This document shows, in pieces, positions 28,054 to 37,492 of a stretch of 64,000 nt of DNA. Each line of letters starts with the position of its first letter. The first letter of the stretch is position 1. The notes below the pieces were generated by a model. The model did no database searches. It was not told the DNA's origin and saw nothing but the letters and a program-made list of their open reading frames with translations. This DNA comes from a virus, in the IMG/VR virus record IMGVR_UViG_3300042562_001017, positions 17,086-81,085 of that record; one strand, given 5' to 3'. Made by a program: the position numbers and the translations under genes.

Positions 28054-28715
28054 CAAAAAACGAAATAGTTTATAATTGGTTAAATTTAATTAAGTCTGGA
28101 AGAATATCAGATGATTTTACTCCCAGTATAAATCAATTGTCTTTTATAGCTGATTATAAAAGAGCACAATACATACGTCAAGACCAAACTAAAAACTATT
28201 TCGATACTGACCAGTTTTATCAAGATTTAGGTTGCATCAACATGATTAAAGTTGATAAAGCTGAATGTTGTACTATTGGTTTAGATTGTGAAGTCTTAAG
28301 AACTGAAGTTAAAATTCCAGCTATTATTAGATTAAAAGAAAGATATGGTTTAAAGATATCAGCAGTAGATAGACAAACCAGATTTACTATTGTCTTACCA
28401 GAAAGAAGTCCTTTTTTAGGTAATACTAAATTTCCTCAATTAGGAGTTAAAGTTTATTTTTTAAATGGATATATTTATATTCCTGAAAGTTTTGACATTA
28501 GAGCTCTTAATGTAAGAGCAATATTAGAAAAACCTGAACAAGCTAAAACTTTTATTTGTGATGGTGATGCTTGTTATACTAATGATTCAGATTATCCAAT
28601 GACAGCAGACATGATAGATTTAATTACAAAAGATATAATGAGTAGTGAATTGAATATTTTAACGAGAATGATTCCTGATGAAACAAACGATGGAACCGAT
28701 AAAATCCAAAGCTAG
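28050..28715 (+). CDS. tail ring/adaptor protein
   Basis: crAss-type CINMIKVDKAECC and DYPMTADM...DETND pattern; synteny. Confidence 0.65.
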   Translation: MTKNEIVYNWLNLIKSGRISDDFTPSINQLSFIADYKRAQYIRQDQTKNYFDTDQFYQDLGCINMIKVDKAECCTIGLDCEVLRTEVKIPAIIRLKERYGLKISAVDRQTRFTIVLPERSPFLGNTKFPQLGVKVYFLNGYIYIPESFDIRALNVRAILEKPEQAKTFICDGDACYTNDSDYPMTADMIDLITKDIMSSELNILTRMIPDETNDGTDKIQS

Positions 28716-29178
28716 ATATAATTGGTATAAAGAAAATTATCAAAAACCTGTAGATTTAGTTTTATATAATCAGATATGTTGGGAATTAAACCAAGAAGTA
28801 ATTGATTATTTAATTCTAGGTGAAGGTAATAAGTTTTATTTTAATTCAAGATTAGGCTATATATCTGTATATAAGTTTATTAGAGAAATAAAATTAAAAA
28901 ATGGTAAACTAAATGCTCCTCCTGATTGGGGTAAAACTCGTAAACTTAAAGCTGAAGGTAAACTAGAAAAAGGCAAAGTAGTTTATATAACTGACAATTA
29001 CTATGTAGGTTTTAAATGGGTTAAAGAAAAATGTAATGTCAAAGGACATAACGCATATAAGTTTAAATCTTCTAGAACTAATGGAATTGAAAGTACTACT
29101 GGAGCTAACAATAAACTAAGACAAGTTCTTAAAGAACCTTTAAATCATTTTAAATTTCCTATATATTCTAAAAAATAA
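28678..29178 (+). CDS. IHF-like protein of the crAss tail module
   Basis: RLGYISV, PPDWGKT and YKFKSSR; lies before the tail tubular gene. Confidence 0.65.
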   Translation: MKQTMEPIKSKARYNWYKENYQKPVDLVLYNQICWELNQEVIDYLILGEGNKFYFNSRLGYISVYKFIREIKLKNGKLNAPPDWGKTRKLKAEGKLEKGKVVYITDNYYVGFKWVKEKCNVKGHNAYKFKSSRTNGIESTTGANNKLRQVLKEPLNHFKFPIYSKK

Positions 29179-29201
29179 TTACCTTTGTAACTCAAAGGTA
29201 A
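29179..29201 (+). promoter_or_regulatory. -7 box TACCTTTG inside an inverted repeat
   Basis: TTACCTTTG-TAACT-CAAAGGTAA. Confidence 0.55.
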
Positions 29202-29206
29202 AAGTT

Positions 29207-29932
29207 ATGAATTATAAAGCTGTTTCTTGCAAACGTGTAATAGATAAAGTATTTGGTGCTTATGGTAATTTACTTTCTCAACATACTGATAGATTAATTG
29301 GCGAAAGTATTGTCTGGGCAGGTGATGCTTTAGAAAGTATTGGTAGTGTAATTAATCTTGAAGACAAAACAGCTTATCTTACTATAACTAATGGTAAGAC
29401 ACCTTTACCTTGTGATTTACATTTAATTAAATCTGTAAGCTATAGAGGTCATTGGTTAAGATATGGTTCTCAAACATTTAATTATAATTTACATTGTGAT
29501 GATTGTATTAATGCTACTATAAGTGAATATGATTTTAGCTATACAGTTAATCCTAATTATATTAATACTAATATAGAAGATAACGAAGAGATATGTGTTT
29601 TCTATCAAGCTATTCCTACAGATGAAGAAGGTTATCCTTTAGTTCCAGATAATTTTGCTACAAGTGAATGTATATTTTGGTACATTACTAAACAGTTAAT
29701 GCTAGGAGGATTTGAACATCCTAATAGACAAATTACTTATGAGAAAGCAGAAATGAATTATATTAAACATAGAGGTCAAGCAGAAAATCAATTAGAGATG
29801 TTTGATATTCCTAGATTTGAAGCATTTGCTAATAGTTGGGCCCGATTAATTCCTAACACTAATGCTGCTAGAGATTTCTTCTATACTAATAGTATTCCTG
29901 AAACATTTATCAATCAAAAATATAGAAGATAA
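29207..29932 (+). CDS. tail tubular/ring protein
   Basis: LPCDL and YQAIPTDEEGYPLVPD motifs; synteny. Confidence 0.75.
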   Translation: MNYKAVSCKRVIDKVFGAYGNLLSQHTDRLIGESIVWAGDALESIGSVINLEDKTAYLTITNGKTPLPCDLHLIKSVSYRGHWLRYGSQTFNYNLHCDDCINATISEYDFSYTVNPNYINTNIEDNEEICVFYQAIPTDEEGYPLVPDNFATSECIFWYITKQLMLGGFEHPNRQITYEKAEMNYIKHRGQAENQLEMFDIPRFEAFANSWARLIPNTNAARDFFYTNSIPETFINQKYRR

Positions 29933-32900
29933 TGCAACCATTTTTATTAAATACTGAAGGCGACCCTAAGAATCAACCTGATAAAAGTTCAAGATTAAAT
30001 ATAAATGTTAACTTAACTTCTGAACTTGGTTCTATTGTAACTGAAGATGGAAACGACCCTTTACATCTATATCCTACTCTTGAAACTTTTACTGCTGTAA
30101 CTATTGGTAAAATTCCATTATTAGATGGAAAAACTGTTATATTTTCTTGTGTTCCTGGAAATTCAGTTATTAACAGTCTTAACAGAAGATTGGTTAATGC
30201 TGAAATAGGAGTCTTGTCTACAGATGGAAGTTATAGAGTTTTGTTGCGAGATAATTATCCTGACCCTGCTGCTGGAGATGTTATTGATTTTGGTTGGGAT
30301 TTAAATACTCAAATTCAAGGAACATATAAAATCAATTTTGATAATACAATTACTGTTTATTTTGTTGATAATAAGAATCCTATAAGATGTCTAAATATAG
30401 ATAATCCTAATATAAATACTGATAATTTTTATAGAATAGTTAGTACTGTTGAGTTTAATAAATTAAATGTATTAACTCCTTTTACTAATAATATAATAAA
30501 TTTACAAGAAATAAATACTGGTGGAAATTTACCTTCAGGTGTATATTATGCTATAGCTGCTTACGCTGATGAAAATTTTAATGAAACTAATACTTTATTT
30601 CCTTCAAATCCTATATCTATAGTAGATGAAAACTTTTTAAGTGATGTAAGCCAATATGATGGTTGTGCAGCTAATACTCCTACTTCTAAAAGTTTTACTA
30701 TATCTATATCTAATGTTGAAACATCTTTTACTTATTTTAGAATATATATTGTAGCTAAGATAGGTGGTGTATTTACTGTTTATGATTATGATTTTCATGC
30801 TATAACTGGTTCTACATTTTCTTTATCAATACCTACTTTAACTAATAAACCTACATCTTCTTTAGATGTATTAGTAAATAAAATTGGTTGGATAGCTAAA
30901 ACTGTTACTCAAATTGATAGTCAATTATATATAGGTAATTTAAAAGAAAAAGAAAGAACTAGTTTACAACCTTGGATTAATAATATAGTAGTTAATGCTG
31001 ATATTGATGAAATAGGTAATGTAAATAATAGTGATGATTTTCGTAATGAAAAAACTATATATACAGATAGAGTATTTCAATATGATGAAGTGTATGCACT
31101 TTATGCAACTGTTTCTTATGTAGATGGTAGCGAAAGTGAAGCTTATCATATTCCTGGAAGAAGTTCAGCTAATATAGATTTACCCAAATATGCTGGTGGT
31201 GTTAAAGCTACAACTGAAACTATTAGAATTGCAGATTTTGGTTTACCATATGATGTTTGGACATATGATGGTGGTGGAGATGCTGATACTAGTCCAGGTG
31301 GAGAAATGACTAATATAGATATTAACTCTCAAACTTTTCATGCATTTGATACTTCTTATAATCCATTAGCTAGTACTAACTTAGGATATTGGGAAAATCA
31401 AAATGAATTTTATCCTAATTTAAGTGATTGGGATATTTTAGATTCAGATGGAACAAGTTTAGGTACTTTAAGAAGTACTCATGTTAAACATCATAGAATG
31501 CCTAATCCTAAATATTTACAAACTGATGGAAATGATACAAGCCAGTATAAAAGATTAGGTTTAGTATTTAGTAATATAAGACTTCCTGAAGAATTAGAAA
31601 ATGAAATAGTTGCTATTAATTTTTACTATGCTAAGAGAAGTAATGAAAACAGATTAGTATTTGGTCAAAGTTTATTATTAAATGATGTATTGTTAGTTAA
31701 AGTTAGTGACGACAATGCTCCTTTTAGTGATGGTTCAGGTCAATTATCTAACGATACTAGTTATAGTGTAGGAACTACATTATCTATAGCTGATTTTGGT
31801 AGTACTGGTACAACTGAATTTGAATTACCTCTTGCTAAAAGACTTATACTTTCTGAAGATAGATTTAAAGCAGCACCTTTTGATGCTATATCTCAATTAA
31901 CAAACCCTTCTTCAATTTCATATTTAAAACCTATAAAAACTTTAAAAATGAAATTACTTAACTATAATAGTAGTGGAGATGTTTGGTCTAATACTGGAAA
32001 TTTAAATTATGTAGTTAAAGCTTATTGGGATGTAGATGATGCTAATGCTGAAATTATGCATTCAACTAATCCTGCTATAGCTTTAAGAAGAACAAAACCT
32101 TGTTTAACAATAGAAAACATACCTAACAATGCTCTTACTGGAGGTGTACCTTTAGCTGATTTTACATTAAAAACTAATCATTATAAAAGTGATAAACATA
32201 TAATTCTTGAAACTGAAAATATATTAGATTCTGATGATTTATATCCTAATGGATTTATAGCATATACTTTTAGTGCTGCCCACCCTGGTTTTGAAACTTC
32301 TGGTTCTCCTGGTACAGAAAGTAATGAGTATAACGAATTAGTTGTATGTAACTTATATAATTATAAAACAGATGTTTATAATTCATTTGATTTTCAAGAA
32401 TTAGCTTTTACTAATAATAGTTTTGCTCTTACTTCTGATGCTTTTGACGGAACAGGTCAATCTACATCTGTAGTTTATGGTGGAGATACTTTTGTTGGTT
32501 GGAGTGGTTATAGAGGTACAAGTGATATTGTTCCTGCTCTTAATTTTGCAACAACTGGTAATACAGCAGGTGAATGGAGAATATTACATAAATACTTAGC
32601 TGAAACTATTAACAATGTAAACTATAGACATGAAGGTCCTAATCAATATGATATATATTATCCTAAAACAGATATAGTACCTGTATTGAATGTACCTCTT
32701 TTACCTAATGGATTTGGTAATTATTATGGTTACAATACTGATTACACTTCTGTTAATGATTTAAAACAACCTAATATTCATTCTAAAAATTTTATACCTA
32801 GTGTTAATTCTTTTCCTACTAGAATAGCAAGGTCAAGTAAAGATAATCCTGAAGGTATTGTTGATAACTATAGAACATTTTTAGCTAACGAATATACTGA

Positions 32901-34578
32901 TATTGAAAAATCAAAAGGTGAAATAGTAAATATTACAAATTATAATAATAGATTAATAATACATCATGAAAATAGTATTAAAGCTACAGCTACAAGAGAT
33001 AGGATTAAAACTGATGAAAGTGAAGCATTTGTTGGAGCAGGCGATTTGTTTGATTATCCTCCAAAAGATTTAATTCTTACTGATAGTGGGTATGGAGGAT
33101 TACATCACCAATTTGCTAGTGTTCTTACTCAATACGGTATATTCTATCCAGACGTTAATACTAATAAAATTATATTATTAGCTGATGGATTAAAAATTAT
33201 ATCTGATGAAGGTTTGTCTATATTTTTTATGAGAAATATAAAATTAAATTTTGAAAACTTTTATAGAAATTTAATATTTAATCTTTGTCCTACTTGGACA
33301 GCAGGTACTTATGTAACAGGACAAGTTCGTAAATATAATAATGCTTTATGGAATTGTTTAAATACAACAACTGATGTCCCTACTTTTACAAGTACTAATT
33401 GGGAAATACTATATAGTTATGATAATTTTAAATTTAAAGGTAAAGATTCTATATATTATGGATACATAGCTGGATTTGATAATTATTATAAAAGATATTT
33501 ACTTACTAAAAAAGATTTAACTGTAACTGATACTTTTATAGACCAATTTAAAGGTCAATATGATAAAGAAGAAATTGACAACAATTGGTCAATAGGAAAT
33601 CTTTTTATATATGAAAATCAATTATATAGAATAACTTCTACTTTATTACCTGATGGTATAGATTTAGGTGGGGGTCATTATGCAGTAGGTGTATACTTTA
33701 ACGATAAAACTTATTTTGTTGAAGAAAGATATACAATAGGATATTATCCTGATTTTAAAGGTTGGGCTAGTTATTATAATTTTTATCCTGATAATTATGT
33801 AAATAATAATACTCAATTTTTTTGGACTAAAGAAAATGTTATGTTTGAACATAATAAAGATGTATTGCTTATTCCTAATAACAATGGGCCCGTACCTTCA
33901 ATTATTGAACCTGTATTTAATAATAATGAACCAGCTAGATTGATATCTAGTCAATGGAAGACTAAAGCTTTAGATACTAGTAATAATGAAGAAGTACTTA
34001 CTACATTTGATACTGCTCAAGCTTATAACTCTTATCAACTATCTAAAGAAAATACAATTGTAAATACTGATAATAGTAGAAACTTAGAAGGATATTGGTC
34101 ACATAATGAATTTAGAGATAATACTGCTGATAATAATTTAAAAGTAGTTGACAATGATTTATGGTATAGACCTTTTACTAATAACTTAAATCTTAATAAA
34201 CATTGGACTAAGATTAAAAAATTAGTAGATTTTTGGTTTGGAGTTAGATTTAAATATTTTACTCATACAGAAGAAGAAGATTTATTAGGTGGTACAAGTG
34301 AATTATTGTCACCATCTGATTATGCTACTTATATTACTGCTGATTTAAATACCCCTGTAACTTTTAGTGCAGGTGATATATTAAAATTAACTACAAGTAC
34401 TTTTTCTATATATGTTAAAGTTATATCTTACAATTCAGGTGTAAATTATTTTATTAAATTATATGAACCTATTGTATTTGGTGGTAATTTTGAATTAACT
34501 GAAATAAGTAGAATTAATAAAAAACCTAAACTGTATTTACTTGATGTAACTAAATTAGTAATTAAAAATATACGATAA
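29932..34578 (+). CDS. tail stabilization (muzzle) protein
   Basis: 1548-aa beta-rich protein; YFVDNKNPIRCLNI, YGGDTF and RTFLANEYTD...KGEI motifs. Confidence 0.8.
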   Translation: MQPFLLNTEGDPKNQPDKSSRLNINVNLTSELGSIVTEDGNDPLHLYPTLETFTAVTIGKIPLLDGKTVIFSCVPGNSVINSLNRRLVNAEIGVLSTDGSYRVLLRDNYPDPAAGDVIDFGWDLNTQIQGTYKINFDNTITVYFVDNKNPIRCLNIDNPNINTDNFYRIVSTVEFNKLNVLTPFTNNIINLQEINTGGNLPSGVYYAIAAYADENFNETNTLFPSNPISIVDENFLSDVSQYDGCAANTPTSKSFTISISNVETSFTYFRIYIVAKIGGVFTVYDYDFHAITGSTFSLSIPTLTNKPTSSLDVLVNKIGWIAKTVTQIDSQLYIGNLKEKERTSLQPWINNIVVNADIDEIGNVNNSDDFRNEKTIYTDRVFQYDEVYALYATVSYVDGSESEAYHIPGRSSANIDLPKYAGGVKATTETIRIADFGLPYDVWTYDGGGDADTSPGGEMTNIDINSQTFHAFDTSYNPLASTNLGYWENQNEFYPNLSDWDILDSDGTSLGTLRSTHVKHHRMPNPKYLQTDGNDTSQYKRLGLVFSNIRLPEELENEIVAINFYYAKRSNENRLVFGQSLLLNDVLLVKVSDDNAPFSDGSGQLSNDTSYSVGTTLSIADFGSTGTTEFELPLAKRLILSEDRFKAAPFDAISQLTNPSSISYLKPIKTLKMKLLNYNSSGDVWSNTGNLNYVVKAYWDVDDANAEIMHSTNPAIALRRTKPCLTIENIPNNALTGGVPLADFTLKTNHYKSDKHIILETENILDSDDLYPNGFIAYTFSAAHPGFETSGSPGTESNEYNELVVCNLYNYKTDVYNSFDFQELAFTNNSFALTSDAFDGTGQSTSVVYGGDTFVGWSGYRGTSDIVPALNFATTGNTAGEWRILHKYLAETINNVNYRHEGPNQYDIYYPKTDIVPVLNVPLLPNGFGNYYGYNTDYTSVNDLKQPNIHSKNFIPSVNSFPTRIARSSKDNPEGIVDNYRTFLANEYTDIEKSKGEIVNITNYNNRLIIHHENSIKATATRDRIKTDESEAFVGAGDLFDYPPKDLILTDSGYGGLHHQFASVLTQYGIFYPDVNTNKIILLADGLKIISDEGLSIFFMRNIKLNFENFYRNLIFNLCPTWTAGTYVTGQVRKYNNALWNCLNTTTDVPTFTSTNWEILYSYDNFKFKGKDSIYYGYIAGFDNYYKRYLLTKKDLTVTDTFIDQFKGQYDKEEIDNNWSIGNLFIYENQLYRITSTLLPDGIDLGGGHYAVGVYFNDKTYFVEERYTIGYYPDFKGWASYYNFYPDNYVNNNTQFFWTKENVMFEHNKDVLLIPNNNGPVPSIIEPVFNNNEPARLISSQWKTKALDTSNNEEVLTTFDTAQAYNSYQLSKENTIVNTDNSRNLEGYWSHNEFRDNTADNNLKVVDNDLWYRPFTNNLNLNKHWTKIKKLVDFWFGVRFKYFTHTEEEDLLGGTSELLSPSDYATYITADLNTPVTFSAGDILKLTTSTFSIYVKVISYNSGVNYFIKLYEPIVFGGNFELTEISRINKKPKLYLLDVTKLVIKNIR

Positions 34579-34596
34579 CAATTAAAAATAAAAATT

Positions 34597-34977
34597 ATGA
34601 TGCTTAATATTAAAAAATCTGAATCTAGATATAGTGTTCCTCAATTAGTAGCTGAATTATTAGAATCAGTAACTATTATACATAAATTTCATTTAGTATC
34701 TAAATCTTATTCTGAGCATAAAGCTTTAGGAGGATTTTATGAAGAGATAGCAGGTTTTGCAGATTCTTTATTTGAAACATTTGCTTGGAGAAATAACTCA
34801 ATAGAAATACCTCGTCCTACTTTAACAGATGTTAATGCAATAAGTTATTTAGAAAAATTAGCTAACTTTGTAGAAAATGCTAGAATGGTTACAACTTTTT
34901 CTGATTTACAAAATCAAATGGATGAAGTTAAAACATTAATTTACAGCACATTGTACAAACTTAAAAACTTAAAATAA
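34597..34977 (+). CDS. Dps/ferritin-like four-helix protein
   Basis: HKFHLVSKSYSEHKALGGFYE...D and terminal LYKL. Confidence 0.7.
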   Translation: MMLNIKKSESRYSVPQLVAELLESVTIIHKFHLVSKSYSEHKALGGFYEEIAGFADSLFETFAWRNNSIEIPRPTLTDVNAISYLEKLANFVENARMVTTFSDLQNQMDEVKTLIYSTLYKLKNLK

Positions 34978-37404
34978 ATGAAACAAAGAACATTACCCGA
35001 ATATAAAAAAGGTGGAATGATTAAAAGAGCTGATGGTTCTTATTCTAAACGTGGTTTATGGGACAACGTGAGAAATAATGCTGGTTCTGGCAAAAAGCCT
35101 ACCAAAGAAATGTTAAAGCAAGAACGTAAGATTAAAGCTAAAATGGAAGAAGGAGGTGTCATAGACAATCCAGGATTTAATGCTTTACCTAAAGAAGTTC
35201 AAGAAAATATTATAGCTAATATGGCTATGGGAGGTTATATTTATAGTGAAGGAGGTAATATACATATTAAACCTGAAAACAAAGGTAAATTTACTTCATG
35301 GGCAGAATCTCATGGTATGGGAGTACAAGAAGCAGCTAGTCACGTAATGGCTAATAAAGAAGATTATTCTTCTACTATTGTTAAACGTGCAAACTTTGCT
35401 AAAAATGCTTCTAAATGGAAACATCAAGATGGAGGAACAATTAATCGTTCTTTAAATCAATATTCTCAAGGTGGAGATATGACTGGACCTATTCAATTAG
35501 GTGCTATGGTTGGTGAACTAGCATTAGGTGCTATTCCTGATAATCAAGTAACTGATACTGAAGGTAATGCTGTTGGTACATATCAAGGTACAGGAAAATC
35601 TATTGGTCAAGGTGCTTTAAAAGGAGCAGCTGCTGGTTCTATGTTTGGTCCTGTAGGTACTGTTGTTGGTGGTCTTGCTGGTGGAGCAATGGGATATTTT
35701 CAAGGCAAAGAGGAAGAAAATGAAGTAAAGAAAATGCAAGCTGAAGCTAACAACATTATTACGTCTAAAAGAAGAATTGGAGGACCTAATTCTCCAATAA
35801 CTACTATGCCTACTAATGTTAATAATATGTATCCTTATGGAGGAACAATTAATGATGACCAACCTGGTGCTATTGCTGAATTAGAATTGCAAGAACAAAT
35901 GCAATTACCTAATGGTACTGTAATGGGAGTTGATGGTCCGTCTCATGAAATGGGTGGTATTGAAGTTAATGTACCTGAAGGAACTAGAGTATTTAGCGAT
36001 AGATTAAAAAATGGTAAAAGAACTTTTGCTCAAGACGCTAAATCAATTAATAGTAAAATAGCTAAATTAGATAAAAAACCTGATAGTCAAGCTAAGTCTA
36101 ATACTGAAATGTTATTTAATAAACAATTAGATAATTTATTTAATACTCAAGAAGAAATGAAAGCAATAAAAGAAGAAACTAAACAACGTAGAATGTTTGC
36201 TAAAGGTGGAACAGTAGAAAAAGGAAATCCTATACAACAATTTAATAATAAATATAATACAGATTACGTAAGTCCTGGTGATATGAGTAATTATAAATAT
36301 CCAGGAACTGAAAAATTTATTGATTCGGATAAAATAAAACTTAATGAGTTATATAATTTTTATGTACAAGCTCAAGAACAGATGACTAACGATAATATGA
36401 TACCTCTTGCAAATATGTACGATAAAAAAGGATATAATTTAATAAAACGTACAGGTTATGATAAAAGAACAATAAATAATATTCCTTATGAAGAAGGTGG
36501 GCGTATTCCTGCACATAATGTTAGAATTATGAGGCATGGTGGATTAACGCATTATGATGGTGAAAACGGTAATGGTGTAATTTTTAGCGACCCTGCTGTA
36601 GTTATTACAGACCCTTTAGCTCAATATAAATGGGGAATGGAAAACAAAAATTCTAATCTGTTTCCTTCACAACCTAATCAAGTTGTTGCTGATAATTATG
36701 GAGTTCAAAGACCTTCTGTAACAAAAGGTACTCAATCTTTTAGACAAAGTGAACCAAATAATACAAATTCTAATTATTTTACTCCTCAAAATATGGGTTA
36801 TGCTACTCAAGGTTTAACTAACTTAATGCAAAATCAACAAATTAATAAAGTAAAAGCTCCTAGAAGTATTGGGCCTGTAACTTTTAGTGCAGGTAGAAGT
36901 CCTGAGTATGTTGACTATTCTGCTGAAAGAGCTGCTATTGATGCTGAAACTGCTGCTGCAAGAAGAGGTTTAAATTTAGGAAGCGGTAGTTATTCTACTC
37001 AAGCTGCTAACTTACAAAAGATTAGAAATCAACAAATGATGGGTAAAGGTCGTTCTTTCCAAACTCAAGAAAATGCTAATAGACAATTAAACAATGCTTA
37101 TAGTGGAGCACAAGCTGCTGCTTATAATCAAGGTGTAAGTTCTAATTTAGGTATTGACCAATATAATTTAGAAAATAGACAAAATTATGAATTATGGAAA
37201 GCTGGTAATAGAATGAAATCTACTGGTGCTATGGGAGATAACATGAGTAATATGTTTAATAATCAAATATCTAAAGAAAATCAATTAGCTTATTGGAATG
37301 TTATGAAAAACATGTATGCTAGTAATGTTGGTAGAGATATAGGAATGCCTGATGGAAAAGGAAAATATGGCGGTACTATTAAAAAACGTTCTTTAAAGAA
37401 ATAA
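34978..37404 (+). CDS. virion cargo protein with glycine zipper and repeated [YMFH]xxGG motifs
   Basis: GALKGAAAGSMFGPVGTVVGGLAGG zipper; GPSHEMGGI; synteny before the ejection proteins. Confidence 0.7.
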   Translation: MKQRTLPEYKKGGMIKRADGSYSKRGLWDNVRNNAGSGKKPTKEMLKQERKIKAKMEEGGVIDNPGFNALPKEVQENIIANMAMGGYIYSEGGNIHIKPENKGKFTSWAESHGMGVQEAASHVMANKEDYSSTIVKRANFAKNASKWKHQDGGTINRSLNQYSQGGDMTGPIQLGAMVGELALGAIPDNQVTDTEGNAVGTYQGTGKSIGQGALKGAAAGSMFGPVGTVVGGLAGGAMGYFQGKEEENEVKKMQAEANNIITSKRRIGGPNSPITTMPTNVNNMYPYGGTINDDQPGAIAELELQEQMQLPNGTVMGVDGPSHEMGGIEVNVPEGTRVFSDRLKNGKRTFAQDAKSINSKIAKLDKKPDSQAKSNTEMLFNKQLDNLFNTQEEMKAIKEETKQRRMFAKGGTVEKGNPIQQFNNKYNTDYVSPGDMSNYKYPGTEKFIDSDKIKLNELYNFYVQAQEQMTNDNMIPLANMYDKKGYNLIKRTGYDKRTINNIPYEEGGRIPAHNVRIMRHGGLTHYDGENGNGVIFSDPAVVITDPLAQYKWGMENKNSNLFPSQPNQVVADNYGVQRPSVTKGTQSFRQSEPNNTNSNYFTPQNMGYATQGLTNLMQNQQINKVKAPRSIGPVTFSAGRSPEYVDYSAERAAIDAETAAARRGLNLGSGSYSTQAANLQKIRNQQMMGKGRSFQTQENANRQLNNAYSGAQAAAYNQGVSSNLGIDQYNLENRQNYELWKAGNRMKSTGAMGDNMSNMFNNQISKENQLAYWNVMKNMYASNVGRDIGMPDGKGKYGGTIKKRSLKK

Positions 37405-37408
37405 AACT

Positions 37409-37442
37409 AAAAAAAGTCCAAGTAATAATTTGGACTTTTTTT
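37409..37442 (+). terminator. intrinsic terminator
   Basis: AAAAAAAGTCCAA-loop-TTGGACTTTTTTT. Confidence 0.8.
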
Positions 37443-37456
37443 ATTTAAAATATATC

Positions 37457-37464
37457 TATCTTTG
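37457..37464 (+). promoter_or_regulatory. Bacteroidota -7 box TATCTTTG
   Basis: After the terminator and before ATG 37493. Confidence 0.6.
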
Positions 37465-37492
37465 TAGTTCAGTATTAAAAATAAAACTACAA

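Noticed and set aside
37430-37492. Track N-terminal extensions at 37430, 24145, 44058 and 60917
   Set aside because: They start inside terminators, promoter boxes or upstream ORFs; downstream ATGs (37493, 24181, 44067, 60863) fit better.
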